Shown here: positions 48,023 through 57,766 of the stretch, piece by piece
Numbering within the stretch: position 1 is the first letter of the stretch
Layout: every line of letters starts with the position of its first letter
NCBI GenBank assembly: GCA_017935575.1
Contig: JAGBHI010000091.1
Coordinates: forward strand, 9,094-73,093
Reading direction: 5' to 3'
DNA length: 64,000 nucleotides
DNA from: Bacteroidales bacterium
GTDB taxonomy: Bacteria; Bacteroidota; Bacteroidia; Bacteroidales; G3-4614
The notes under the pieces: model-generated
Seen by the model: only the letters and a program-made list of their open reading frames with translations
Told to the model about the DNA's origin: nothing
Databases searched by the model: none
Program-made: the position numbers and the translations under genes

Positions 48023-48337
48023 CGTTTAAACTAACGACTGCGGACAGAGCATTTTTTTGACGGACACACGATCGTGTCTCCCTACTTGCTTGGTTCCAGG
48101 ATTTTGCGCCTAAACTTATCTGATTATCAACATCTTAATGGCGGTGTGTCATAATTGACAAACTACTGTGTTGTTTTCAATATTAGGGCTCAATCATGTA
48201 CCTATGTACACTTCTTTCGCCCTAAATCTCAACACCTTGTATTTTATCAATTCTTACAAAGTTGCGAGTAAGCGAAAGCAGAGTAGTATTTATACAAACT
48301 ATGCTGAGTGTAAGCAACTTAGAAAATTTCAAACCTT

Positions 48338-48377
48338 AAGAGGCTGTGCCCAAAAAAACATTTTGACACAGCCTCTT
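48338..48377 (-). terminator. Hairpin terminator candidate downstream of the DUF5606 gene
   Basis: 11-bp stem AAGAGGCTGTG (48338-48348) / CACAGCCTCTT (48367-48377), 24 nt past the stop at 48401. The T-tail is weak. Confidence 0.5.
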
Positions 48378-48400
48378 GGCTGATAGCTGAACACAGAAGC

Positions 48401-48787
48401 CTATTTTTCAACAAACTCTGTTATTCCTGCTTTTATAACAATATTATACCAATCTACTATTCGTTTTATATCGTTGGGATATACTCTTTCTCTGTCATAA
48501 TCGGGGATTACGGTCTCTACATATTTTTTGTAGTCATCGGCACTCTTGCCTATTACAATCTCTTTGCCTCCCTCTTTCTCTTTGATTGTTTCAAATACTT
48601 CAGATAATGGGCGATCTTCTCCCTCGGTATATATTGATATATCGCCTAATGATATTATTTTATCGTGTGAGTATGCTGGTACTCGTTTACCTGTTACAAG
48701 CGACTCTACTACTAACATTCCTTTTGCTTGAGAGATTAATTTATATAATCCCGGCTTTCCTGAAATTGATAAAACGTTCTTTAACAT
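48401..48787 (-). CDS. DUF5606-like conserved hypothetical protein
   Basis: The N-terminus LSISGKPGLYKLISQ...G..VESL..GKR matches my recollection of the Bacteroidota DUF5606 family. It sits downstream of coaE as usual. Confidence 0.7.
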   Translation of the reverse strand: MLKNVLSISGKPGLYKLISQAKGMLVVESLVTGKRVPAYSHDKIISLGDISIYTEGEDRPLSEVFETIKEKEGGKEIVIGKSADDYKKYVETVIPDYDRERVYPNDIKRIVDWYNIVIKAGITEFVEK

Positions 48788-48871
48788 AGTTGTTAGATTT
48801 ATTTATTTTATTATTACTTCTTGTTTATTCTTGTATTGTATGGCGAATATACGAAAATATATACTATATAT

Positions 48872-49444
48872 CTATATATATCCCAATATTTTTTCCAATT
48901 GTTTTAATACCGAGCTTTTACCGTCATTATCTATTATATAATCGGAACGGCTTTCTCTCTCGCTATCGCTCATCTGCGATTTTATGCGCGAACGGACCTC
49001 TTCGGCACTCATTCCATTTCGTGCCATAACTCGGGCAACTCTTACATTTTCCGATGCAGTTACGCACCATATCTCATCAACCAATTTGTCAAACCCCGAT
49101 TCAAACAATATTGCCGACTCTATAAAAACAAATTCTGAATTTTGTTGTAAACACCACTCCTTAAAGTCATCTTTGACTGCAGGGTGTATTATTGAGTTTA
49201 TAATTTTGGTGTTCTCGGCTGATGCAAACAAGAAATCGGATAACATCTTTTTATTTAAGGAGCCATTTATATATATATTCTCTCCTAAAATAGATTGCAA
49301 CTTATATTTTACCTCTGATGATATTGCTGTAATATATTTTGCCCTCTCGTCACTGTCGTAAACTGCAAAACCTGATGCTTTCAGAATTTTACAGACAACA
49401 CTCTTTCCACTGCCTATACCGCCTGTTATTGCTATAATTTTCAT
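48872..49444 (-). CDS. coaE: Dephospho-CoA kinase
   Basis: P-loop ITGGIGSGKS, about 190 aa, IHP.V motif. Confidence 0.92.
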   Translation of the reverse strand: MKIIAITGGIGSGKSVVCKILKASGFAVYDSDERAKYITAISSEVKYKLQSILGENIYINGSLNKKMLSDFLFASAENTKIINSIIHPAVKDDFKEWCLQQNSEFVFIESAILFESGFDKLVDEIWCVTASENVRVARVMARNGMSAEEVRSRIKSQMSDSERESRSDYIIDNDGKSSVLKQLEKILGYI

Positions 49445-50476
49445 CTATTCCGATAAAATTCCTGATTGCTCTATATTGACAATTTTTTTATCTATAATAT
49501 ACTCAACGCTATCCGGCATAATAATTGGATTTTTTATATAGTCGGGATATTTTAAAAGGCGTAAGGGTAATTTACTTATATTCTTTTTAAATTGTCTGTA
49601 ATCAACAACTACACCAAACAATGAGGCATTTGCCTCAGGGAAGAGCGTTAATGGAACTAAAAATTCCACATCGGCAGTTGCCGGAAATGTCATTACCGAT
49701 ACATCTTTGGGGAAATTAGCACTTTGAATTGATAGGGTTATCTTTTTTGATATCAACTCTTCAACAGGTATTATTACCTTAACCTGTTCTGGGACAATCT
49801 TAGCTCCTTCAATGGGCTTTATATTTAGATTTGCAACTACTGTATCGGCTATATTGTGTAGCGATAGCAATTCTGTTTCAACACTCTTTATATTTGACGA
49901 AATTGCAGAATCTGCATATAGTTCTACCTCTGATGGTGTTACCTGTATCGCTCCATTTCTTATACAATTTGATGATATTGTTATGTCAGAATTTAAGGAA
50001 ATTGGCAAATGTACTCCTTTTTTATCGCCATACAACAACACCAACGAATCGCAATATACTTCTATCAACTCAGATGATGAATTTATTTCTCCGTCAACAA
50101 TGGACAATAGTTTATCGTGAGGGATAACTATACGTCCCCTGTTTTTAGTGAGTTCAGAGAAATTGACTTCGATAGGCTTTACTCGCCCTAATGAATAATT
50201 TATAAGGTTTATTCCCTTATCTCGTAATACTACATCAATTGTTGATGGTGGCTCTTTTGTAAAGATAATATCTTTGGGTATGTTTACATATTCAACAGGT
50301 ATTGATACATTTACATTGTCTTTATTATTTAAAGACTGCAAGAACCAAAACATGGTTGAAATTAGCAGAAAAAGAAGAAATATTAAAAATTGCTTGTTTC
50401 CCTCGCTCTTAAATGGTGTCAATATGGTTTTGAGCAGAGAGAATAGAGCACATATTGTATTCCAAAACTTTCTCAT
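49445..50476 (-). CDS. YbbR-like domain protein
   Basis: N-terminal TM followed by repeated beta-rich YbbR-type segments. Abuts the coaE start with no gap. Conserved nusB-yajC-ybbR-coaE order. Confidence 0.65.
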   Translation of the reverse strand: MRKFWNTICALFSLLKTILTPFKSEGNKQFLIFLLFLLISTMFWFLQSLNNKDNVNVSIPVEYVNIPKDIIFTKEPPSTIDVVLRDKGINLINYSLGRVKPIEVNFSELTKNRGRIVIPHDKLLSIVDGEINSSSELIEVYCDSLVLLYGDKKGVHLPISLNSDITISSNCIRNGAIQVTPSEVELYADSAISSNIKSVETELLSLHNIADTVVANLNIKPIEGAKIVPEQVKVIIPVEELISKKITLSIQSANFPKDVSVMTFPATADVEFLVPLTLFPEANASLFGVVVDYRQFKKNISKLPLRLLKYPDYIKNPIIMPDSVEYIIDKKIVNIEQSGILSE

Positions 50477-50595
50477 TACTATATCTCTTTTTAGTTTCTA
50501 TAAAACTATATATATAAACAAAAAGGTCTCCGAAAAAATTAAAGTATTACCTCAACATTTTCGAAAACCTCCTTTTTTATCGTAAAGTTACAATA

Positions 50596-50919
50596 CTATT
50601 TTTGTGGTTGCTCTGACGCATCGGGGGCTGTTGCATATATTGATGATTTCTCAATTGTTATTTGCAAACCATCAGCAATCTCCAAAACAACAGTATTCTC
50701 TTTTACGTTTTTAATTTTTCCGTGAATTCCTCCGGCTGTAATTACTTTATCGCCCGATTTTAATCCTTGACGGAATTTTTGAATCTCTTTTTGACGTTTT
50801 GTTTGAGGTCTTATCATAAAGAAATAGAAAATAGCTACTAATGCTACTATAAATATGATGTTTGACCAACCTGCTCCTGCTTGAGCTTCTTGTAATAAAA
50901 TTGTTAAAATAGTGTTCAT
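50596..50919 (-). CDS. yajC: Preprotein translocase subunit YajC
   Basis: Single TM followed by RPQ.KRQKE...L..GD.V.T.GG.HG.I, the YajC signature. Confidence 0.92.
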   Translation of the reverse strand: MNTILTILLQEAQAGAGWSNIIFIVALVAIFYFFMIRPQTKRQKEIQKFRQGLKSGDKVITAGGIHGKIKNVKENTVVLEIADGLQITIEKSSIYATAPDASEQPQK

Positions 50920-50972
50920 ATCATTTATTTTTTTAAGTTACTATTATAAGGTTCTAAGGTAATAAAAGTTTA

Positions 50973-51896
50973 TCAATCCTTACTAATTTTACCCTCTTTT
51001 TTCATTTTTTTTATAATTGCGTCTAATACTCCGTTAATAAACGTTGCACTTTTTTCTGACGCATATGATTTTGCAAGTTCAATATACTCGCTTAATGTTA
51101 CATTTATTGGTATTGTAGGGAACATGCGTGCCTCTGTTATAGCCATACACATTATTACAAAATCCATATTTGCAATACGGTCTGCCTCCCAATTCTTTGC
51201 TGCTGCTGATATGTACTTGACATTTGCATCAAAATCAAGGATTGTATGACTTAATAATTTACCGGGAAAATCTGAATCTTCTCCTGCATCAAAAGAGTCA
51301 ATCAAAGGCATATTCTCATCGCTCTCCTGAGTAAATGTTTTTATTGTCTTTAATACGAATGTTGCTATTATATCAATATCGTTATTCCAATAAAGAGACT
51401 CTCCCTCTAATGCCTCATCTATATCTTGATTATCAGCCCACTCCTTGACCATTCTTTTCCAGAACGTCTTATCTGCCTCATAAGAATCTTCCTGCTCTAA
51501 ATATTCAGCATATGCTTCTCCTTCAAGAATTGAATCAAGCATTGATTTTATCAAACGCGGTGTCAAAACAGCATTTACATCAGGATTCTTGTGAAGATAT
51601 TCATTTAATTGAATATTTTCAGAAAGTTGTTGAGCCAATCTGTTGTTTGCCAACTTCCAATTTATATCCTTATCTGCTACGGGATTTATATATCTGTTAC
51701 GCAATCTATCAATTCTCTCTTGTTGCTCTTGTGTTAATTTTACAATCAATTGCAAAAGCAAAATATACAAATCATATGTTTTTTGCATACTGTGAGAATA
51801 CTCCATCTCTGATTGAGTAATAGATTTATCTCTATCAATAAAGGCTGAAAATACTATTTGAAGTATTTTGTTTCGTATTAGAACTCGATTTGTCAT
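50973..51896 (-). CDS. nusB: Transcription antitermination factor NusB (long Bacteroidota form)
   Basis: The C-terminal region (ADRIANMDFVIMCMAITEA...INVTLSEYIELAKSY....FINGVLD) is NusB-like, with the extended N-terminus typical of the phylum. Confidence 0.85.
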   Translation of the reverse strand: MTNRVLIRNKILQIVFSAFIDRDKSITQSEMEYSHSMQKTYDLYILLLQLIVKLTQEQQERIDRLRNRYINPVADKDINWKLANNRLAQQLSENIQLNEYLHKNPDVNAVLTPRLIKSMLDSILEGEAYAEYLEQEDSYEADKTFWKRMVKEWADNQDIDEALEGESLYWNNDIDIIATFVLKTIKTFTQESDENMPLIDSFDAGEDSDFPGKLLSHTILDFDANVKYISAAAKNWEADRIANMDFVIMCMAITEARMFPTIPINVTLSEYIELAKSYASEKSATFINGVLDAIIKKMKKEGKISKD

Positions 51897-51939
51897 ATTA
51901 AATCATATAAATTTTATACTCCTTTCTCCAAAGGGCATG

Positions 51940-51947
51940 CAAAGATA
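51940..51947 (-). promoter_or_regulatory. Candidate -7 box (TATCTTTG on the minus strand) for the nusB operon
   Basis: Plus-strand caaagata, 44 nt upstream of ATG 51896. Confidence 0.45.
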
Positions 51948-52127
51948 ACTATTTTTTAGTAAATACATAACTTATTATGTTGTTATTGCCACTATTCCTA
52001 TTATAAATTGCTCTTTATTTATACTACCACTACCATTTATATGGTATACACCCAACTCAATTATTAATAAATGTTAATTAATAAAATTAAATATAACTTT
52101 TGTATATAATTAAAAAATATTCTTTAT

Positions 52128-52135
52128 TATATTTG
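52128..52135 (+). promoter_or_regulatory. Candidate -7 box (TATATTTG) for the PUR-like gene
   Basis: 29 nt upstream of ATG 52164. Confidence 0.45.
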
Positions 52136-52163
52136 CATTATAACAATCATTAAGTAAAACGCC

Positions 52164-52436
52164 ATGAATAGTAACATTAGCTCAGAAGAGATTGGCTTTG
52201 AAAAGGAAATTATATTTTCCAAAAACATTAAAGCAGGGAGTAGAGTCTATTATATAGACGTTAAAAAGAGTAGAAAAGATGATATGTATATAACAATTAC
52301 CGAGAGTAAACGAGTATCATCTAAGGAAGAAGAAGTTCCCCGATACGAAAAGCATAAGCTCTTCTTATACAAAGAAGATTTTACAAAATTCAAAGAGGGC
52401 TTAAATGAAGCTATTGAATTTATATCAAATGAATAA
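52164..52436 (+). CDS. PUR-like (DUF3276) nucleic-acid-binding protein
   Basis: The IFSK.IKAGSR.YYIDVKKSRKDDMYITITESKR pattern is typical of bacterial Pur-alpha-like DUF3276 proteins. Confidence 0.75.
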   Translation: MNSNISSEEIGFEKEIIFSKNIKAGSRVYYIDVKKSRKDDMYITITESKRVSSKEEEVPRYEKHKLFLYKEDFTKFKEGLNEAIEFISNE

Positions 52437-52487
52437 GTTTAACCATTTCATTTAAATATAACAATACACAAGTATTTGAAAGTTGAA

Positions 52488-55304
52488 TTATAACTCTTCT
52501 TTCAAATACGTTGTTGTATGTGTTGTATATTCTTTACATAAATCTTTTGGTGTTCCGCAACAGAGAATATTTCCTCCCCCCACTCCTCCTTCGGGACCCA
52601 TATCTATAATATAATCTGCCGATTTTATAATATCAAGATTGTGTTCTATTACAAGTATTGTATTTCCTTTATCTGCCAATTTATTCAATACATTTAACAG
52701 AACCCTGATATCTTCAAAGTGTAAACCTGTTGTTGGTTCGTCAAGAAGATAGAGAGTGTTTCCTGTATCTCTTTTTGCCAATTCAAAAGCTAACTTAACA
52801 CGCTGGCTTTCACCTCCCGAAAGTGTTGTTGACGGTTGTCCCAATTTTATATATCCTAAGCCTACGTCTTGTAGTACTTTTATTTTATTTAAAATTACAG
52901 GTACATTTTCAAAAAACTCCACCGCTCTGTTAATTGTCATATCCAATACATCTGCGATAGATTTACCTTTATATCTTACCTCTAATGTTTCTCTATTATA
53001 CCTTTTACCATGACAAACATCGCAAGGGACCATCACATCAGGCAAGAAGTTCATTTCAATATTTTTATAGCCATTACCGCCACATGCTTCGCATCTTCCA
53101 CCTGATATATTAAAAGAGAAACGCCCAGATTTATATCCTCTAATTTTAGACTCGGGTAACTCGGTAAACAAATTTCTTATATCTGAGAATACTCCTGTAT
53201 ATGTTGCCGGATTTGAGCGCGGCGAACGTCCTAATGGAGATTGGTCAACCGTTACAAGCTTATCAATATTCTCCAAACCTTCAATTGATGAATATGGCAA
53301 CGGTTTTTTTAATGAGCGATAAAACATTGAACTTATTATAGGTTGCAATGTACCATTTATCAATGACGATTTACCGCTTCCCGATACTCCTGTTACACAT
53401 ATAAATTTACCTAAGGGCAACTCCAAATCAACGTTTTTCAGGTTGTTACCGCAAGCACCTTTTACTATTATGCTTTTTCCATTACCCTTGCGATAATCTT
53501 TGGGTGTCTCAATCAAACGTGTCCCATTCAAAAATTCAGATGTAACGGTTTTTGATTGTAACATCTCTTGGGGTGTTCCTGCAAATACCACATCTCCACC
53601 CTTTCGTCCTGCTCCGGGTCCCAAATCTATAATATAATCGGCAGCAAGCATCATCTCTTTATCATGCTCAACAACTATTACCGTATTGCCAATATCCCTA
53701 AGACGCTTTAAGGAGTTTATCAACTTAACGTTATCTCTTTGATGCAAACCTATACTTGGTTCGTCTAATATATATAGTACATTTACAAGGCGTGTTCCTA
53801 TTTGGGTTGCCAATCTTATTCGCTGATTCTCTCCTCCCGATAGTGAAACTGATGTTCTGTTAAGGCTCAAATACTCCAAACCAACATCAATCAAAAACTT
53901 CAAACGGGTTTTAATCTCTTTTATAATCTCTTGAGCTATAGCCTTTTGTTTTTCTGAAAGGAAATTATCACTATCGGCAAACCACTCATATAGCGTTTTT
54001 ATATCCATAGAGGCTAATTCCGCTATGTTTTTACCATCTATGCGATAATGTAACGACTCTTTGTTAAGCCTCATTCCATGACACTCATCACATTGAACAA
54101 CAGAGACAAATTGTCCTGCCCACTTTTGAGATTGAGATGATGCATCAGATGAGTTTTGCATCTCAATATACTTTATCAACCCTTCATACGGCATAAAAAA
54201 GTTTGATGATGAGCCTAACACATGATCTTTTATTGTCAACCTCTCGTTAGTTCCATTCAGTATTTCGTCTAATGCCTCTTCGGGGACATCTTTTATAGGA
54301 GTTTTAATTGTTACTCCGTATTTATCACATATAGCCTCAATTTGCCAAAACACAAGGGTGTTTTTATATTTCCCCAAAGGAAGAATTCCGCCTTGATATA
54401 TTGACAATGTATTGTCAGGTATAATCTTGTCTTTATCTATTATATTTATATATCCTAATCCTTTACAGCGAGGACATACCCCATTGGGCGAATTAAAAGA
54501 AAAATTATGAGGTGCCGGCTCAGAGTATGACAAACCTGTCTTTGGGTCCATCAACATTCGGCTGTAGTGTCTGACTTCGTTACTCTCCATATCCAAAATC
54601 ATAACCAATCCCTCGCCTCTTCTCATAGCATTTCGCAAACTATCTTTAAGACGACGTTCATCATTTGATGATACTTTAAGTTTGTCAACTACCAACTCAA
54701 CACTATGATTTTTATATCTGTCAAGTTTCATTCCGGGAAGAATTTCTCTAATCTCCCCATCAACTCTTACATATAAGTATCCCTTTTTACGAACTTGTTC
54801 AAATAGCTCCTTGTAATGACCTTTACGGTTTCTGACCAAAGGAGCCAATATGTTTATTTTTTTACCCTCATATTTTTCAATAACAAGTGAAAGTATCTGC
54901 TCTTCGCCATACTTTACCATTTTTTCTCCTGACAGGTAAGAGTATGCCTCGCCTGCCCTTGCATATAAAAGGCGTAAAAAATCATATACCTCAGTTGTTG
55001 TTCCTACTGTTGAACGAGGATTTTTATTGGTAGTCTTTTGTTCTATGGCTATAACCGGTGATAAACCTGTTATTTTATCAACATCGGGGCGCTCTAAAGT
55101 TCCTAAAAAATTTCGGGCATATGAAGAGAATGTTTCGATATATCGTCTTTGTCCTTCAGCAAATATAGTATCAAATGCCAGCGACGACTTGCCGCTACCA
55201 CTTAAACCTGTAATAACAGTTAAACTATTGCGAGGTATTACTACATCAATATTTTTTAAATTATTAGCCCTCGCCCCTATTACCTCTATATTACCTTTAG
55301 CCAT
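52488..55304 (-). CDS. uvrA: Excinuclease ABC subunit A
   Basis: Two ABC modules (GLSGSGKSS; GVSGSGKSS), zinc-finger CxxC pairs, and LSGGE.QR signatures; 938 aa. Confidence 0.97.
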   Translation of the reverse strand: MAKGNIEVIGARANNLKNIDVVIPRNSLTVITGLSGSGKSSLAFDTIFAEGQRRYIETFSSYARNFLGTLERPDVDKITGLSPVIAIEQKTTNKNPRSTVGTTTEVYDFLRLLYARAGEAYSYLSGEKMVKYGEEQILSLVIEKYEGKKINILAPLVRNRKGHYKELFEQVRKKGYLYVRVDGEIREILPGMKLDRYKNHSVELVVDKLKVSSNDERRLKDSLRNAMRRGEGLVMILDMESNEVRHYSRMLMDPKTGLSYSEPAPHNFSFNSPNGVCPRCKGLGYINIIDKDKIIPDNTLSIYQGGILPLGKYKNTLVFWQIEAICDKYGVTIKTPIKDVPEEALDEILNGTNERLTIKDHVLGSSSNFFMPYEGLIKYIEMQNSSDASSQSQKWAGQFVSVVQCDECHGMRLNKESLHYRIDGKNIAELASMDIKTLYEWFADSDNFLSEKQKAIAQEIIKEIKTRLKFLIDVGLEYLSLNRTSVSLSGGENQRIRLATQIGTRLVNVLYILDEPSIGLHQRDNVKLINSLKRLRDIGNTVIVVEHDKEMMLAADYIIDLGPGAGRKGGDVVFAGTPQEMLQSKTVTSEFLNGTRLIETPKDYRKGNGKSIIVKGACGNNLKNVDLELPLGKFICVTGVSGSGKSSLINGTLQPIISSMFYRSLKKPLPYSSIEGLENIDKLVTVDQSPLGRSPRSNPATYTGVFSDIRNLFTELPESKIRGYKSGRFSFNISGGRCEACGGNGYKNIEMNFLPDVMVPCDVCHGKRYNRETLEVRYKGKSIADVLDMTINRAVEFFENVPVILNKIKVLQDVGLGYIKLGQPSTTLSGGESQRVKLAFELAKRDTGNTLYLLDEPTTGLHFEDIRVLLNVLNKLADKGNTILVIEHNLDIIKSADYIIDMGPEGGVGGGNILCCGTPKDLCKEYTTHTTTYLKEEL

Positions 55305-55313
55305 AATTACAAA

Positions 55314-56249
55314 TTAATCTATAACCCACCTTTTATCAAACACACATAGCCCGTTTGAACTATAATACAAATCATCAACAACAGGAACTAACAATATATA
55401 TGAATTTCCCTCTCGTACATGAAGTTTTGATGATTTCAACCACATATTAAACTCCTTTAATTGAGAATATGTTATTCCGTGGCTTTGTGCAAATTTTGAT
55501 AAATCAAGAATATCTTTAGAGACCTCTACCTCCTTAAATTTTATTTGGGGATATAGTTGCGATGAACGTATGGCAAAACCATATTTGATAGGGTTTTCCA
55601 TTATTGTTTTTATTGCCAACAACCTGAATATGTATCGCGATGTCTCCTCGTTTAGCCACAAATCAAAGGCATGGTTTTGATTTTGTTGTAAAAGTTCTTT
55701 AGAAATTCTATTACAACCGGCATTATATGATGCAGCAGCTGTTATCCAACTTCCGTATTTCTCATAGGCCGATTTTAGATATTTGCATGCTGCTCTTGTT
55801 GATTTTATAATATTATATCTCTCATCAACATTATCATTAACCTCCAATCCCAATTCTTTTGCTGTTGATGACAAAAGTTGCCACAATCCTGCCGCTTTAG
55901 ACGGAGAAAAAGCTCTCACATTTAAAGAGCTTTCAATAACTGCCAAATAGACAAAATCCCCAGGCAAACCCATCTCCTCAATTATTGGTTTGATTATAGG
56001 AAAATATCTGTTTGCCCTTTTGATAACTAAAAGCGTATTTGTATGTCCATAACAGAACGATATTATCTCTCTATCCAATCGCTCACGCATATCAAATCTA
56101 TCAAACGACACCTTTTCTCCTCCCCACTCTAACGAATACGGAATTAATGGTGCTGATGATACAACAGACTGATACTCACTCCTATTTTGCGAATATGAAT
56201 AACTGCTTATGAATAAAGTTATTAGAATAGTTATTATATAATATCTCAT
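55314..56249 (-). CDS. Lytic transglycosylase (SLT domain) protein
   Basis: Catalytic-region motifs AVIESSLN, AAGLWQLL and AASYNAG, with a signal peptide. Confidence 0.85.
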   Translation of the reverse strand: MRYYIITILITLFISSYSYSQNRSEYQSVVSSAPLIPYSLEWGGEKVSFDRFDMRERLDREIISFCYGHTNTLLVIKRANRYFPIIKPIIEEMGLPGDFVYLAVIESSLNVRAFSPSKAAGLWQLLSSTAKELGLEVNDNVDERYNIIKSTRAACKYLKSAYEKYGSWITAAASYNAGCNRISKELLQQNQNHAFDLWLNEETSRYIFRLLAIKTIMENPIKYGFAIRSSQLYPQIKFKEVEVSKDILDLSKFAQSHGITYSQLKEFNMWLKSSKLHVREGNSYILLVPVVDDLYYSSNGLCVFDKRWVID

Positions 56250-56259
56250 TATTATTTTA

Positions 56260-57573
56260 TTACTTAGCTCTTAATATATTTATATGACCTTTTAATTCAT
56301 ACTCTTGTCCGTCAGAACCTTTAGCCTGAATTACATAAAAATAGACACCCGGAGGTACGAGTTTCCCTTTATAATTTCCGTCCCAACCTGCAGAAGGATC
56401 TTCAAAGCTATACATTTTTATTCCCCAACGGTCAAAGATAGAGCATTTGAACTCAACTATTGATTTATAAGCAACTCGCCACTCATCGTTAATACCCGGC
56501 GATGTACCCGGAGAAAAAGCATTAGGAACATCAATAAATGATTCACTTACTGATATTGTATATGTAATTTTTTCGCGACATGTTGCATTCTCGGCATGCA
56601 AACGAACATATACTGTACCTGCTTCTTTAAAAGTATAATTCAAAGTTTGGTCCAAATATGTTGCATAAACAACAGGATCTTCATCGTCAGGACCTTTGTC
56701 GCTTTTAAAAAATTGCCAACAGAAATAGTTATCCTCATTAACATATGCCTCAAAAACCATATTCACAGGAGCTGATCCCCCATATGAGCCATCTTCAGTA
56801 TCAACCTCAATCTCATTCTCAGCCTCTCTCTCCAATTGGGTAACCACCCCTTTTAAAAATATTGCTTGCGGAACAAACTCCTCTGTTGTGGTTATCTCCT
56901 TTACTGTTTCGCCCCAATAGGTTGGAATATCATCAACAAGAGTAATATATGTTTTCTCATATGGAGAGTCAATAACCAATTTATCATCTATTGATGGTTT
57001 TATATTTTCTTGCGATACCTCTACTGAGGTTTCAAGTGTTTCATCTTCATCATTCCATACCCAAGTATTATATTTTACGTTACGAGGGAATGCTTCCATT
57101 GCACCATAAATATTATAATATGGTATTGTTATTCCATCACCTGTTAGTCTGGCAGAGTTACACATATTTGTGTAGGAATAATCTATTTCAAGATTTGTTG
57201 TCTGAATGTATCCTGAAACCCAAAAATTATAGCTTACACCATCTTGTTCAATTACATAACCACAATCTTTTTTGCCTCCCGTAAAGGTTAAAACCCCTCC
57301 TTGTTGTACTGCTGTTGTTATTAGCTCTTTTTGAAATACCCCTGATGTTGAAAAGCTATATAAATTCATAGGTTCGGTACTATTTGAAACAAACCTGAAA
57401 GAGACAGGTATATCGCGCTGAACAACATAACAGCCTAAATTTAAGCCAGACGAAAAGTTTGGTACGTATTTATATGATTTTCCGCCATTTACCAACAACT
57501 CTGGCATATCTGACTGCGAGAAAGAATTTACAGCAAACAACAATATTATAAGTGAGATTATAAACTTCTTCAT
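56260..57573 (-). CDS. Secreted protein with a T9SS type-B (gliding-motility CHU_C-like) C-terminal sorting domain
   Basis: The C-terminal 90 aa (VPNAFSPG...NDEW....FDRWG..M......GWDG.YKGK..P.GVYFYVI...G....LKGHI.ILR) matches the type-B sorting domain. The start MKKFIISLIILLF at 57573 is preferred because a -7 box overlaps the longer start. Confidence 0.8.
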   Translation of the reverse strand: MKKFIISLIILLFAVNSFSQSDMPELLVNGGKSYKYVPNFSSGLNLGCYVVQRDIPVSFRFVSNSTEPMNLYSFSTSGVFQKELITTAVQQGGVLTFTGGKKDCGYVIEQDGVSYNFWVSGYIQTTNLEIDYSYTNMCNSARLTGDGITIPYYNIYGAMEAFPRNVKYNTWVWNDEDETLETSVEVSQENIKPSIDDKLVIDSPYEKTYITLVDDIPTYWGETVKEITTTEEFVPQAIFLKGVVTQLEREAENEIEVDTEDGSYGGSAPVNMVFEAYVNEDNYFCWQFFKSDKGPDDEDPVVYATYLDQTLNYTFKEAGTVYVRLHAENATCREKITYTISVSESFIDVPNAFSPGTSPGINDEWRVAYKSIVEFKCSIFDRWGIKMYSFEDPSAGWDGNYKGKLVPPGVYFYVIQAKGSDGQEYELKGHINILRAK

Positions 57574-57594
57574 TTTACACAAAATATTAATTTT

Positions 57595-57602
57595 CAAAGA
57601 TA
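57595..57602 (-). promoter_or_regulatory. Candidate -7 box (TATCTTTG on the minus strand) for the T9SS-cargo / SLT / uvrA string
   Basis: Plus-strand caaagata, 22 nt upstream of ATG 57573. Confidence 0.4.
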
Positions 57603-57766
57603 CAATTTTTATAGCAATATTCTCTATTTTATCTCTCTTTAAAGTTAAAATTATTATAAGAGTTTTATCTTTATATTAAACGTATTAACGAATAAATTAT
57701 TACGAGTTGCAACAATAAGGTTTTTTTCATAACTTCGCAGATTGTAAATTGTGAAATTATTTTCAT

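Noticed and set aside
48168-48383. 71-aa ORF in the recJ-DUF5606 spacer.
   Set aside because: It has a GTG start and no promoter box. It reads through the 48338-48377 terminator hairpin, and its composition is unlike that of neighbouring genes. The region is kept as a non-coding candidate instead.
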